A model generated the notes under the pieces. The model ran no database searches and was not told the origin of the DNA. It worked only from the letters and a program-made list of their open reading frames with translations. Position numbers and translations under genes: made by a program. Below, in pieces: positions 13,316 through 25,300 of a stretch of DNA of 42,612 nt; position 1 is the stretch's first letter; every line of letters begins with the position of its first letter. This DNA is from Rotaria socialis (lineage: Eukaryota): NCBI GenBank assembly GCA_905331295.1, contig CAJNYD010000507.1, positions 1 through 42,612 on the forward strand, given 5' to 3'.

Positions 13316-13725
13316 TTAATCTTTAACAGCAAATGTACGTTTAGGAAAAGTTCGCTTCTTTTTTTGTGTTTTAGCTAAACTTATTGATTCTTCTTTAGGT
13401 GTTAATGAACGTCTCATTGCTCGTGTTTGCTTTCGTCTTAAATCTTTTGGTTTATATTTTTCTCCATGATAAAATTCTCTTAAATTTTCTTTTATTGTTT
13501 GATTTTGAACAATATGTACATGTGCAATGGATTCTCGAATATTTTCAATTTTATTGGAATCTTTTCTTCCTATATTTAACGAATTTAATTCTTCATGTAA
13601 ATTCTTCAATATAATGTCAAGGTCATCTAAATATTTAAATATTATATAAATAAGTCCAAAAGAAAAAAAAAATATTGTTTACTTGGACTTTTCCCCCGAA
13701 TTTGACAGCAGGTAACTTGTGCCAT
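13316..13725 (-). CDS. RPL35: 60S ribosomal protein L35 (uL29), divergent paralog, 2 exons
   Basis: MAQVTCCQIRGKSP/NDLDII..RESIAHVHIVQNQTIKENLREFYHGEKYKPKDLRRKQTRAMRRSLT..FAVKD. Confidence 0.88.
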
Positions 13726-14494
13726 TAAACCAAAAAGAATGCAGAGTGTAGTCCATACTTTACCGATATGCATGTATATGTCATAGAATTGCCGATAGAT
13801 GTACCTAGTATAACTTTTAGCTCATTGAATTTCATGAGAATAGATGATTTTTCGACTCTTCTACGCTAAATAGAGTATGCGAAATTGAAAATCAGCCTAG
13901 TTAATATTTGTATCTAATCTTTTTGTGTTTGACTAGTAAATCATTATCAATCTTGGGAACAAATTAAAATTATTAATAAGAGAAATAAAAGTTATTCTTC
14001 ACCATTTTGACTGTGCTCTAAACGGACAATGGTGAATATTTGCATGGACATTTATCTCAACCATAGCATACAAAATAGATCTCCGATTTCGATGAGATTT
14101 TCAGTTTTTAGCAATTTGATAAAGAAACTTTTTTTGAAAACCTTTGGTTTTGGTGAAGATAGACTCAAAATAGTTTAAGCAGTAAAACGTCAAAAACCCT
14201 CAAAAAACGTTTTTAATTCCGCAGTTTTGACAAATTGTTTTTGATAGCTTATGTTACTAAAACAAAACAATAAAGCCATTTATATTGACATTTAACGAAG
14301 ATAATAATGCTTCGCTTAATGAATTGACTGTAGATAATAATTATAATTCATAGGAACGGGTTGATAACGAATAAAACGCATATTAAAAAAAAAATGAATA
14401 AGCTCTTTTCTCGAAACATCATTATTCATTTATGAACAAACTTGACTGTTATCAGCGGTCACAATATTCAACATCGAGCTATTTAATATTGCAG

Positions 14495-15368
14495 CTGAAA
14501 CGCAGGTAACGCACAGACATTTTTTCAACTTTGAACAAGTGTATCTACAGAATGGTTAGAGTAAAACAGTTGTTATTTTTAACAAATACTTACGTAAACA
14601 AGTTCTGTAGTAGTTCAAAGTTTGAGCCTTAACCGTATAACTGTTCAGATTTTATGAGTAAAATACTAGCCTGAAACGCACAGACAAAAAAGCCCTCGGT
14701 TTCTAGTAGGTGTGTAATTACTGATAAATCCTGCGAATTGCTTCGCGCTAATGAATTTTGCAAACAAGAGTTTTGTAGCTTAGATTCAGGAGTATCTTTG
14801 ACTGAAGAGAAAATATGAATACATTGAAAAATGAGTGAGCTATTAACAAAATTGGAAGTAACACACAGACATATCTTTTTGGAAAAAAATGTCTGTTCCG
14901 AGCGAATTTTATATCAATCAAACTATTTATTTATTAAAAATAGTTGATCATGGGTAATCGGATACGCTGATCATGATTCAAGGGTTTATTTTGCTTGGAA
15001 CTCACGTTTGGGTTGGAAATTTGAATATCAGACCCAAAGAAGACCAATCGAAGATTTTCGATCCAGATAATTCTGAGGACACTATTGTGTATAGCACACC
15101 AAATTACCCACGTATTCATTCGAAAAAAGTAATTCATAGTAGAATATGAAGTTTTACGAGGTGCATATTGATTATGTTGAGTGGCAACAGGAAAAATGTC
15201 TGTGTGTTACCCAATTTGCAGAGTCAAAGAAGAGAGATGAAATGAAACCAATTGGCTCATCGGATGGCTCGTAAAAAGTTGACGATAGGCCATTGATCAA
15301 AATTAAGAAAACTGTTTTAATCTCATGATGCGATAAACTAAGAGCCCTTTCTGGTAACGCACAGACAT
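14495..15368. repeat. Dispersed cluster of about 6 copies of a GGTAACRCACAGACAT motif in both orientations (probable transposon subterminal repeats)
   Basis: Copies at 14505-14520, 14671-14686, 14858-14872 and 15353-15368 (+), and at 14885-14896 (partial) and 15191-15211 (-). Confidence 0.7.
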
Positions 15369-15825
15369 GAAAAATATGAAGGTTTTTAGTTCGTTTTTTC
15401 GAAACAAAACATTGATCTGGAAAAATTCGATGCAGCCATAAAGAAAGTCCTAACATTTTTCTACAAAATACTACGTGACACTTCATGTTTACTCCTTTCT
15501 TTTCGTGTCTCTCATTTACATTTTGACAAGCACTTCCAAATCAAGCCTAGATCCTGGTGACCAGTAATCCGTTTCGGTCATATTTTCCAGCCTCACTTAT
15601 GCTGTCGAACCAATCAAAATAGAGTTTCTTATGCAGAAAAGTGTGTTTTGCAAGATGGTATAGTTTGTTTTGAAAACAGAACAACTTCTACTTCAACCAT
15701 GTTGGTTGACCGTTAGCCATTTTGGATGCTTGTCATTGTTGACGACGACAGATATGACACAGAATGAACATAAAGATATATATATGTAAGAATGGATACG
15801 GAATATTTGCCATTTATAATTGAAT

Positions 15826-18182
15826 ATGCACCATTCAACTGTTAATATCCTTAGTTTATGCGACGAGATGTTGCTTGCTATTTTCAACAAACTCAATAAT
15901 ATTGATGTATTATATTCACTCATAGGAGTCAATCAAAAACTCGATAGATTGGCTCGAGACATTACGTGTACACAATCTGTTGATTTAGTGACAATATCAT
16001 CAAATGAGCATAACGACACAAGAAATAAGTCAATACTGGATCGACTTTATGTTGATATAATCCACGAATTCAACACAATATTGAATGTTTTACTCTTGAT
16101 TCATTACCAATAGATCGTGTTCTTCGCATTGGAAATTATCCTAAACTCCATAAGTTTATTCTTGTTAATATTCAACTTAAAGCGGTGTCGCATATTTTCA
16201 ATGGTATGTTGCCCTCTTTTTTTTCTCATTTTTTAAAACTACTAATAGAGAAAAGCAAGACAATTAATTAATGTAGTGTATATATTTAGAGAAGTCATCA
16301 ATTATTGACATATTTAAACATCAGATTTCACATCTTACTATTATAATTAATGATGACAATACAGGTGAGCATATAAGGATATTATCCACAAATGTTTTTG
16401 CCGCTATTTTTATAATGTTTACAAATTTGACTTATCTTCACATTGGTTTACAAGACATTTGCCGGTATTTACCATCTACAACATGTTATTCGTCAAGTAT
16501 TGCTCATTTAAATGTTAGAGTGCGCGACTTTGGTGATTGCCTTTCTTTACTTGATGAACGTCTTAGTCAACTATTAACCTTTATTGTCGAAGTTGATTAC
16601 ATTTATAATACATCAATGATTATTAATTATACGGTACAATATTTTAAATCACAGTGAAATGCTTCGTTCATGTCGATTTTCGATAGATTGATGAATCACT
16701 TGTATGAGTGGAAATAGTGTGGTAAAAGTATGAATAAATATAAAAACATGAAGTTTATTTTATTGAATGTGAAATCAGTGACTAGAAACTTTTTTCAATG
16801 AATTCGACATTATTCGAGAGAAAGAAAAGACTTAACGTATTAGAAGAAATATTTTATTGTAAGAGTATGTGAGTCTAATATTGTCGTTCGCCATCTTCAA
16901 TTCATTTCAAAGAGTTCGTTGACATTTGGTTTCATCAAGAAAATAATTTGATCAATGTTTATATGAGAGTAAACTATTTTGATTTTTTCTTGCTATTTTA
17001 CAAAGTTTTGAAATCACTTTTTGACGAAAAAAGATTATGTAATTGTCAATATTAGTAAAGACTTGACATTCTGTTACTGTTATATATACTGCAAAAGCGT
17101 ATCAAATAAAGAAATAAAGTATTGAATGATAAAAAATATTTCTCTGATAATTAATTCTGAAACTTTAATCCTATGATAAATGATTTTGGACATCAGAATC
17201 TATTTCCAGTTTCATCAGTTTTCTATGAAAGGATGAATAACAGAGAATATGACGAATATCTCAATAATGGTTATATCTACTCTTGTTTAAGTAATCAATT
17301 TGGCATCACTTAATATTTATGTTATTTTTTTTTAGAAAATTCTATCTAATTAAAAAAGGTTTCTCGTTAATTTCATTTCGTCAAACAATTGAGTATGATA
17401 ATCAAATTGTACCATGCCTTCGTCAAATGTCACAATTAGAAAAATATGCATTGTCCCTTATTGTTCGTTGTCGAACTTCATTCATCGATGGAACTCATCT
17501 GGTTAATGATATTCTTAGTAAAATGTCATATCTACATACATTTATCTTCAACATCATCACCTATAATGTTAGAATGGACGAAGAACTGTTACCAACACCT
17601 GACGACGTTAAACGTGCGCTTATCCAAAGAGAATACAATGTTAACTGTTATACTGATTATAGTACATTTAACAATGGTCAATGTCATATTTACTCGCTTC
17701 CGTTCGCTATGGACCGCATGTATACGCATTCAAGTAAATTTCATGTTGATTTATCCCTGACTGTTCGTTACTTATATGTGCAAGATTTCGTCCGTCCATT
17801 TGAACATGATTTCTGTTGGCGAATCTCTCGAGATTTTCCATTATTAAATAATTTGACAATATTTAATATAGCCAAGCAAACAAAAAACTTAATACATCAA
17901 CAAGATGAACAAGCATCTTCAATTATTGAGTTTTCCCATCTTATGACACTCTGTCTTTATGGATGTTATATCAATTATGTGACACAATTTCTTCTCGACT
18001 TCAATACACATCTACCGTGTCTTAATACATTATATATTAAATATGAAGATTTGGTGATCGTAACAGACAATTTCACAAATAATGCTGCTCGTTCTAACTG
18101 TTCCAGGTTGCAACATATTATATTTGGTTCAATGTCAATGGTATGCCCAGAAGAATTTCACCATTATTTTCCTTTGTTGTAG
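15826..18182 (+). pseudogene. F-box/LRR-like protein of a lineage-expanded family, with a frameshift near 16060
   Basis: F-box-like start ILSLCDEMLLAIFNKLNNIDVLYSL. After gat ata at the reading continues in another frame as PRIQHNIECFTLDSLPIDRVLRIGNYPKLHK. Later exons carry LRR-like FTNLTYL, FPLLNNLTI and LPCLNTL, ending HHYFPLL*. Confidence 0.72.
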
Positions 18183-19494
18183 TAAATAAAATTTCTTCTT
18201 CATTCAATTGAAGTTCGTACTATTGGATGGATCAACGAGGCAAATAAATCAAATGTTCTGCACCACAATATATTGATTCTGCAATGACGTTCCTTCAGAG
18301 AATTCTTTCCAATGAAACAATATATTTCCAACAGGAATTGATAATTAGAGATTTTAGATAAATTAGTAGTCTACTGTCACATAAGAATAAGTCAAATTTG
18401 TGATATTTCATAATTTTATTTGTTCGTCAAAATTAAAGCAAAAGAATGAATGATCAATTCTTTTCATATAAGCTGCAATTTGTGAACGAGTTGGTGTTAT
18501 CTTGATAGGCTCAAAACACATGCCCAATAATCTCCATTCATTTAAAAAGAGTTGATGGACAGCAGATAACTAGTTTTATAGTCTCATTCGCTTTATATTG
18601 AGTCAGATGGACGAGTCAACTTTATAACAAATAAATAAATTGTTAATCATAAGTTTGAAGCTGATCTATTTAGTTGAATTTAATAAAATACCTTAAAGTA
18701 GAGGAGAGTCAGAAACCAAAAGTTATGAACATCGTTTTAATGTAAAAAACGTACAAGAACCCAATAAATAATACAGTTTGGAGATGGACCGATTTAAACT
18801 AACAAATCATTCAATAATAAATTCAGAACATAGTGAAAGAAGATTTTGTTTTGTTTTGATTTTGAGTTCACTATCATTTAAAATGTTATTTAAAAAGAAA
18901 ATGAAAAAACTTTCCGTTTGCCTTGCGCGACAAAGTAGAACCTCTGATAGACAGCAGTAACGCATATCATTAAGAACCAGAGATCGAAAGGAATAAGAAA
19001 ATGTTCATTTGAATTCGATCATATTCGACTTCGAATCTGATTAAAAGAATATGCTTTATTTCCGCATTTTATCTGTTATACCTTAATATCTTTTTCGAGC
19101 AAATAATTTATTGGACTGTTTCCATGATAAAGACTTGTTTATTACATTTGATCTGTTGGTCCATATTCACAGATCATTTATTAATTAGAAAACAGAAAGT
19201 TCAGTACAGCGTACAACTTGTAAAACAAACCATGAGCAGAATAGTTCTTTATCAATGAATCTATGAAAACTAATATAGTTTATACTTGCATGACTCATAG
19301 ACCTAGTGCGCCTAATTCTGCCACAAAAGCGATAGGTCTCAGTATTTCCTTTATAGCTCAGCTTTGCGATTTCGTCGTAGAGTGCTGAATTTTATTTTCC
19401 GGAATATGGGAAATATTTCTGCATCGAGGGTACGGGTGGAGTCAAGACACACACTCACATCCAATGTCTAAATTTTTCGGAACGTATTTTTAAT

Positions 19495-20220
19495 TTACTT
19501 TCCAGGAGTACTATTTAATTTAATAATATCTTTTGCTAATTTTTCAAAAATTTCTGCAGATATTTTCATATTATTAATATCAATTGATAATTGATCAAGA
19601 AATATATAAGCTAATTATAATTAAAGTTTTATATAAATATCTTGATTTGATATATCATCTTTAATTAAACGAAATATAACATATAATTTAATAATTTTTT
19701 TTATTGAACGTTTTAATTTTTGTGGGAAAATTTTTCGAAAATTATTTTCTAATATTAAACTATTTTTATTTGATTGAAATATTCGTAATGAAGGTAATAA
19801 ACGATTTTGAAATAAATCTCGTAATAACCATAAACATAAATGTTCGTGCACAATAGTTTTTTTTTATCGAATATTGTTAATAGGCTTGTTCTTTTTCATA
19901 TTTTATTATTGCATTATGGACTAATTGGTTCAGTGGGATCAATTGCTTGAGTTTGGCGTATAAGTGGATGTCTATCACTGAATGATGAAGCTATTTGTTT
20001 AGAGATTTGCAGAAGTGAGGAAGATTTATTTCGATTTGTTAATACGGAATAAAATAAAGTTAATTGTTGAATATTTTCATTTATAAATGAACGAAATCGA
20101 TGAAACGGAAAATTTGTACGAATTATATATATTATTAAATGTCTTTGTTTCATCACTAATCATTAAAATGATTTTCACATGCATCATTTGATATTGGTAT
20201 AAAAGTAGGTTCATATATCC
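19495..20220 (-). pseudogene. Fragmented coding remnant of unknown family
   Basis: ORF pieces 19914-20156 and 19621-19851 plus flanking coding-like frames (..LAYIFLDQLSIDINNMKISAEIFEKLAKDII..), separated by stops and frameshifts. Confidence 0.3.
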
Positions 20221-21286
20221 TTAATGACAAGGAGTATTGTTTATTCTTGTATTCTAGTTGGTCACTTCAAGTATTTTCGTTCGTACAATTTTCTTGATTT
20301 CAGTGCATGAGTACATTTTCTCTTCTTCTGCTATTTCCGTCGTCGAAGTAGATTTCACCTTCTAGATTCTTCCATGTTCGTTGTTCATCATATATCTATC
20401 GATTCTATAAATTGTTCGTGGAAATCAGCCAGACGTTGTAAAATGTTGAATACTTTCTCGTGATTGATTTAGTCCAGTACTCTACAGTTTTCGTTTACTT
20501 TCACTTTTTCTTCTGTAATTTGTAAAGGTTTTTCAGAACGTTATTAATCTCTGCAGGAGTATATTAGTTTCATTTCTTTGTTTGATACAATGAAGAATTT
20601 TGGTTTTATGATTGTATGTGATCCGAATCAAGACGACATGGAAATTATTCTAATCCTTATTTGTATAGACACAAGCATATATCGAGAAGTATGCTGAATA
20701 AAAGTTCACAAAATTTGCTATCATCTTATAAAAATAAATAGAAACTACTTCAACTGTGTCAGAGATATTTTTACTTTTACAAAAGGCTTTTGAAACAATA
20801 TGTATATTTTTATTTCATAGGCTACACAACGATCATTCTTGGTATATTACACGTTTAAACACTCATTACATTGACGGACTAAAGTTTTTATTTGTATCAA
20901 TATATAATAGAAAATTGAAAGTCACAATAACCAGGCTTATCCAATGGTTATGGGTAATCCAAGTGTTGACTCAAACGCGATTTCCGGAATCTGTGATTTG
21001 AATGTTGATTAAGTGAAAATTGAAAATTTTGTGAATGAACTGTCCCAATTTGAATAGTTCTATCTTTAGATGAACTTAATAAACTTTAACTCTCATTTGT
21101 GAAATACAGTTGATTCACCATTTACACTTGGAGCCATGTCTGTAGGAGTAGAAGAATGAATCATCAGATAGAGAAAAAAAACTAATCGACAGATGGCGCT
21201 AAACGGCCATTTGATTGGTTAATGGTTAATTGTCTAATAAAACAAAACAAGTATTCACTCAGTATTTTTAATATTAAGTACCGCAA

Positions 21287-22310
21287 GGAAAAGCAAAGTA
21301 CCCGGGGTACTTACGATTTTGAAAGAGTACTGTGCTTTGCACTTTTCTCGGACGAACAAAATACTCTGGTGGTACTCTGTAAAATAAAAAAGCACTTTGT
21401 TTATTTGATAGCCATTGTTTAAAATTTCCTATCTTTCCTTTTGTTTATACATTCTGTTGTATTTATAGATGAAGCTAAGAAGTATTTTTTAATTTGATTG
21501 AATTCATTATTGAAATTTCTTTTCTTTTTCTAGATATTGAATTGAACCTTGCTCTTGTAGATAACTTACTGGTTCTTATTTATTATTTAGCTTTGGTTCT
21601 TCTTTAATTTATATTTATTTATTGAACTGATTTATTTAATATATTGTAAAAAAAATTAGGTGAGTGCAGTAATATTATTATTTACTCTCCTTTATCTAGT
21701 ATGCATGATTCGATTTATGATGATGATGGAACCAACAAATCTTGATAAATCATCCAGTCAAAGATTATTAACGGCTAATATTAATATTGATAATTTTCAG
21801 AGTGAAAAGCTTTAAAATGATCGATCTGATTTACTTGTTAATGATAACAAAATTTCAGATCAAGAAGAATTAGTTATTATTGATGAAGTTGAAACAGAAA
21901 TTATACTGGATTTATCTAATGAAAATAGAGCACTCATATCAACAATTAAATTAGGAATTTCAACTGAATCAACTACATGGTTTTGCGAAGATTGCATCGA
22001 CATGCATGAAGAAGAAGAACAATAGTAAATTGTACTTTATTTGTTGTTTTTGTATACACAATACTAAAGGTTCATTCAGAAAAATGTTTATTTAAGCTTG
22101 TCAGATGAATATGTGTATTTTATCTTGACCTACAAGTCTTTTGTACCGAAACATTTTATTAATTAAAAATGGTCAATAGCATATATTTTTTCTTTGTTTT
22201 TCTTAACTTTTTTCCTGTTGACACTTTGGGTACTTTGCTGTTCATCACAAAGTACCACCTAACACTTTGACAATAGAAGCCAAGTACCTAAATGTACTGT
22301 GTTTTAGATT
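21287..22310. mobile_element. Putative non-autonomous DNA transposon remnant with GTAC-rich ends
   Basis: Inverted agcaaagtaccc at 21292-21303 and 22228-22239. Repeated aagtac, gtactgtg and cactttg motifs at both ends. An internal + frame ends ..KLGISTESTTWFCEDCIDMHEEEEQ* (~22026). Confidence 0.5.
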
Positions 22311-22365
22311 TCCGTTAAAAGCGCTGCATTCACTTATTATTCAGGAAAAAATAAAATTGAAAAAT

Positions 22366-25300
22366 ATGGATCTGGAAAATATTCGTCAAGTACTTGAAGA
22401 TGCTGCTCAAATATTTCTATCAGCTGCAAATACAATTACAAACGAAAGACGGCGTGAAGCTGAAAAAGTCATTTAAAATATTTCTTTTTGTGGAATATCT
22501 TCAATTGAAAGGATGTTCTTTGTTTTTTGTTCAGGTTTTTTTACAATTTCGTCGCTCACAATTTTCACTTGATTTGTATCGTTATTTAATTGAACATTCA
22601 TCATCAAGTTATGTTGTTTATCAAACATTAACTGCACTCCGTGAAGGTATTGTCAAAGAATGGTCGTCATTAGATGATGCATTAAAAGAACAAGTTGTAC
22701 AATATCTTCTATCATATGTTTATACACATTATTCAACATTATCTGGACATGTACGAGAACAAGCGTTACAAATATTAGTTGTTATTAATAAACGACGAAA
22801 AGCACAACGTGCACAAATAGCTAAAAATGGTTTTACTGTTAGTTTAGCATTGAGCAATTTATTACAGTCAGCCAATAATCAAGAATTTCAATTCGGTTTA
22901 ACATTACTTAATGCATTTATTAATGAATATAGTTTTAGTAATGGTAAATAATTTGAAGACTTTAACAATAACAAACAAAAGAAAAAAAAACTATTTGATG
23001 AAAGAATCAGGAATTACATGTGTTGTTAGACATAATTTATTATTTTATAGATATATACTAGAATTGACGTGCCAGTAAAAAATTATGAAATTAAAATTAA
23101 AATCGAGTTTTTCATATTTTTAGCATAAATTAGATTTGAATATAATCTGTTATGGAGAATAACCGTTGTAATCGAATCTCGTATAGTCAAATGAGAATAT
23201 GCTGAGTTGTTATTAAGAGTTTGTCGAAATTGAAAATTTCAGTTTCAATGAAATATTATATACATATTAAAGTAGGAATGTAATCAATAAATGTCATGAA
23301 GGTAGAACTATTAGAAAAAAAAATAGAATATGATACCTGTGAACATCGTCTACTGTTTTCGGACTTTTATAATCGATAAATTTCAGTACTACCGCGCTAC
23401 CTTATGAATTAATCTTCAACATCTCTGTCGTAATCGGATTCGCGAAGGGAATACTTTTATTATGTTTTAAAATAGCTTGTGCTAAAAATTTTGTCGTAGA
23501 ATGACGCTTCAAACATTTAATTAGAGATTAAGTATTAAATTACTAAATAATTTATGAGTCATACCAGTTTGTAGAATATACGAAATTATAAAGTGACTTA
23601 ATCGAAGTATATACTTTCAATACATTGACCAACCAATATATTAACTAATATTATATCTAGATATTTTTCTTTCCATGAGATAATTCAACATTCAGAAAGG
23701 ATAAAGATCTATGTTTCGAAGAATAGACAATGTGAAGATCTTCTTAAGAGCACTACTATCATATTCAATAAAATATTGATCTCCAAGACCTTTCATCATT
23801 AATAATTGAAAAAGAAAAACAATCTTGTTTTTGTCTCATCAATTACATAATATGTTCAATTGTTTTGTTTTTCATTATCTAAATAATTTTTGTATATATT
23901 TTTGTTTCTTAGCTAATGAAGCTGGATTAACTGTGGAGCAGCGTCATTCCGTAAAACGCGATTTCGAAGAAAATGAATTAAAAACAGTTTTTGAATTACT
24001 ATTAAATAAACTTCAAAGCAATCTTTCATCAATATCCAATTCATCTTCATCTGACCATTCATTATTTTCATCAATATTAACAGCGATTGAAAAAATTCTA
24101 CTGTGGAATTTTTCATCATCATTTCCAAATGCACGTCGTCATATGGAATCATCGAATAATGTGGAAACTATTGATTGGAGGCCACCAGTTAGTTGGAAAC
24201 AATTAGTTTTTGATCAGCAACTTGTTGAATTTTTTTTTCATATCTATGTTACACTCAAATCTTTGGTAATATTAATCTTAATTTAATTCGAAAACAGAAT
24301 TAGGATAACTCTATTATTTTAGAATGAAACTAAAATTATTTTACAACGTCGTTGCCAGATACTTCGGTAGGAAACATTTATTTCTGCATATTTTATTTTT
24401 CATAATATTTCATTTTCAGATGCCTTTCTCAGTTGGCTTGTTTAAATGGTTCTTTAGTTAGTGATGAACAATGTCGTTTACGTTATTTAACAACATTTTC
24501 ATATTATTTTGTTCAAACATTTCTAATCAATTCAACATTAACAATTCATTTAATTGAATGTTTTGATCTGTCAAATATAATATCAAATTTAATAACATTA
24601 TTTACTGTCAAAGGCTTTTGCTCAATGAATAATGATTTATGTAATTCGTTTTTACAATTAATGTCACAAATAACGGTACTTCTATGTCGTACAACAACAA
24701 CAACATCGTCAAATAATCAATTAGATAAAATTATTGAAGATCCAACCATAGGAAAAGAAACATTTGACCGTTTATTACAGGCATGGTCAAGATTATTATA
24801 TGGAATTGATTTCGGAAGATTTGCTAATTTAAGATCATTAGCAATTGAAATATTTGATACTTTTCTTCAAACACATCTAAATATTAATGATAATTATGAA
24901 GCAAATGATTTGGACTTAATTGATAATGACAATGACGAAGATGATAGAGATTTATTTAGGTAAATGAAACTTTCATTTAAGAAAAAAAAACATTTGTATT
25001 TTATTATGGATGAATTGAATTTCTCTACATATCCTATGTTTTTATTTTGTATATATTAAGAAAGGAACAATATAGAAACACGAATGAATTTTACTATTGC
25101 GTGAATGCCTGATCGTGCAAAAAAAGATTCAATAAGACTTGCAGTTCTAATAGACGTTACTTATTTTCTCTACAGGACTACATTGTAATTTTAAACTTAC
25201 ATCTCTTTCAAATGAAAAAAAAATTCTCCACGCTACTCACAGTGTTTATTGACTAATAGAAACTCTGTTGAATTACGTTTAGCTATATGTTGGAGTTATC

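Noticed and set aside
9302..13614. Plus-strand ORFs overlapping NT5C3, SAV1-like and RPL35
   Set aside because: They are antisense shadows of real exons and carry no motifs.
14495..15368. Repeated motif as a CRISPR array
   Set aside because: Spacing is irregular, orientation is mixed, the context is eukaryotic and there are no cas genes.
20230..20640. Minus-strand RESIQHFTTSG*FPRTIYRI as a Tc1-like transposase N-terminus
   Set aside because: It is too degraded, with no DDE motif or TIR visible.
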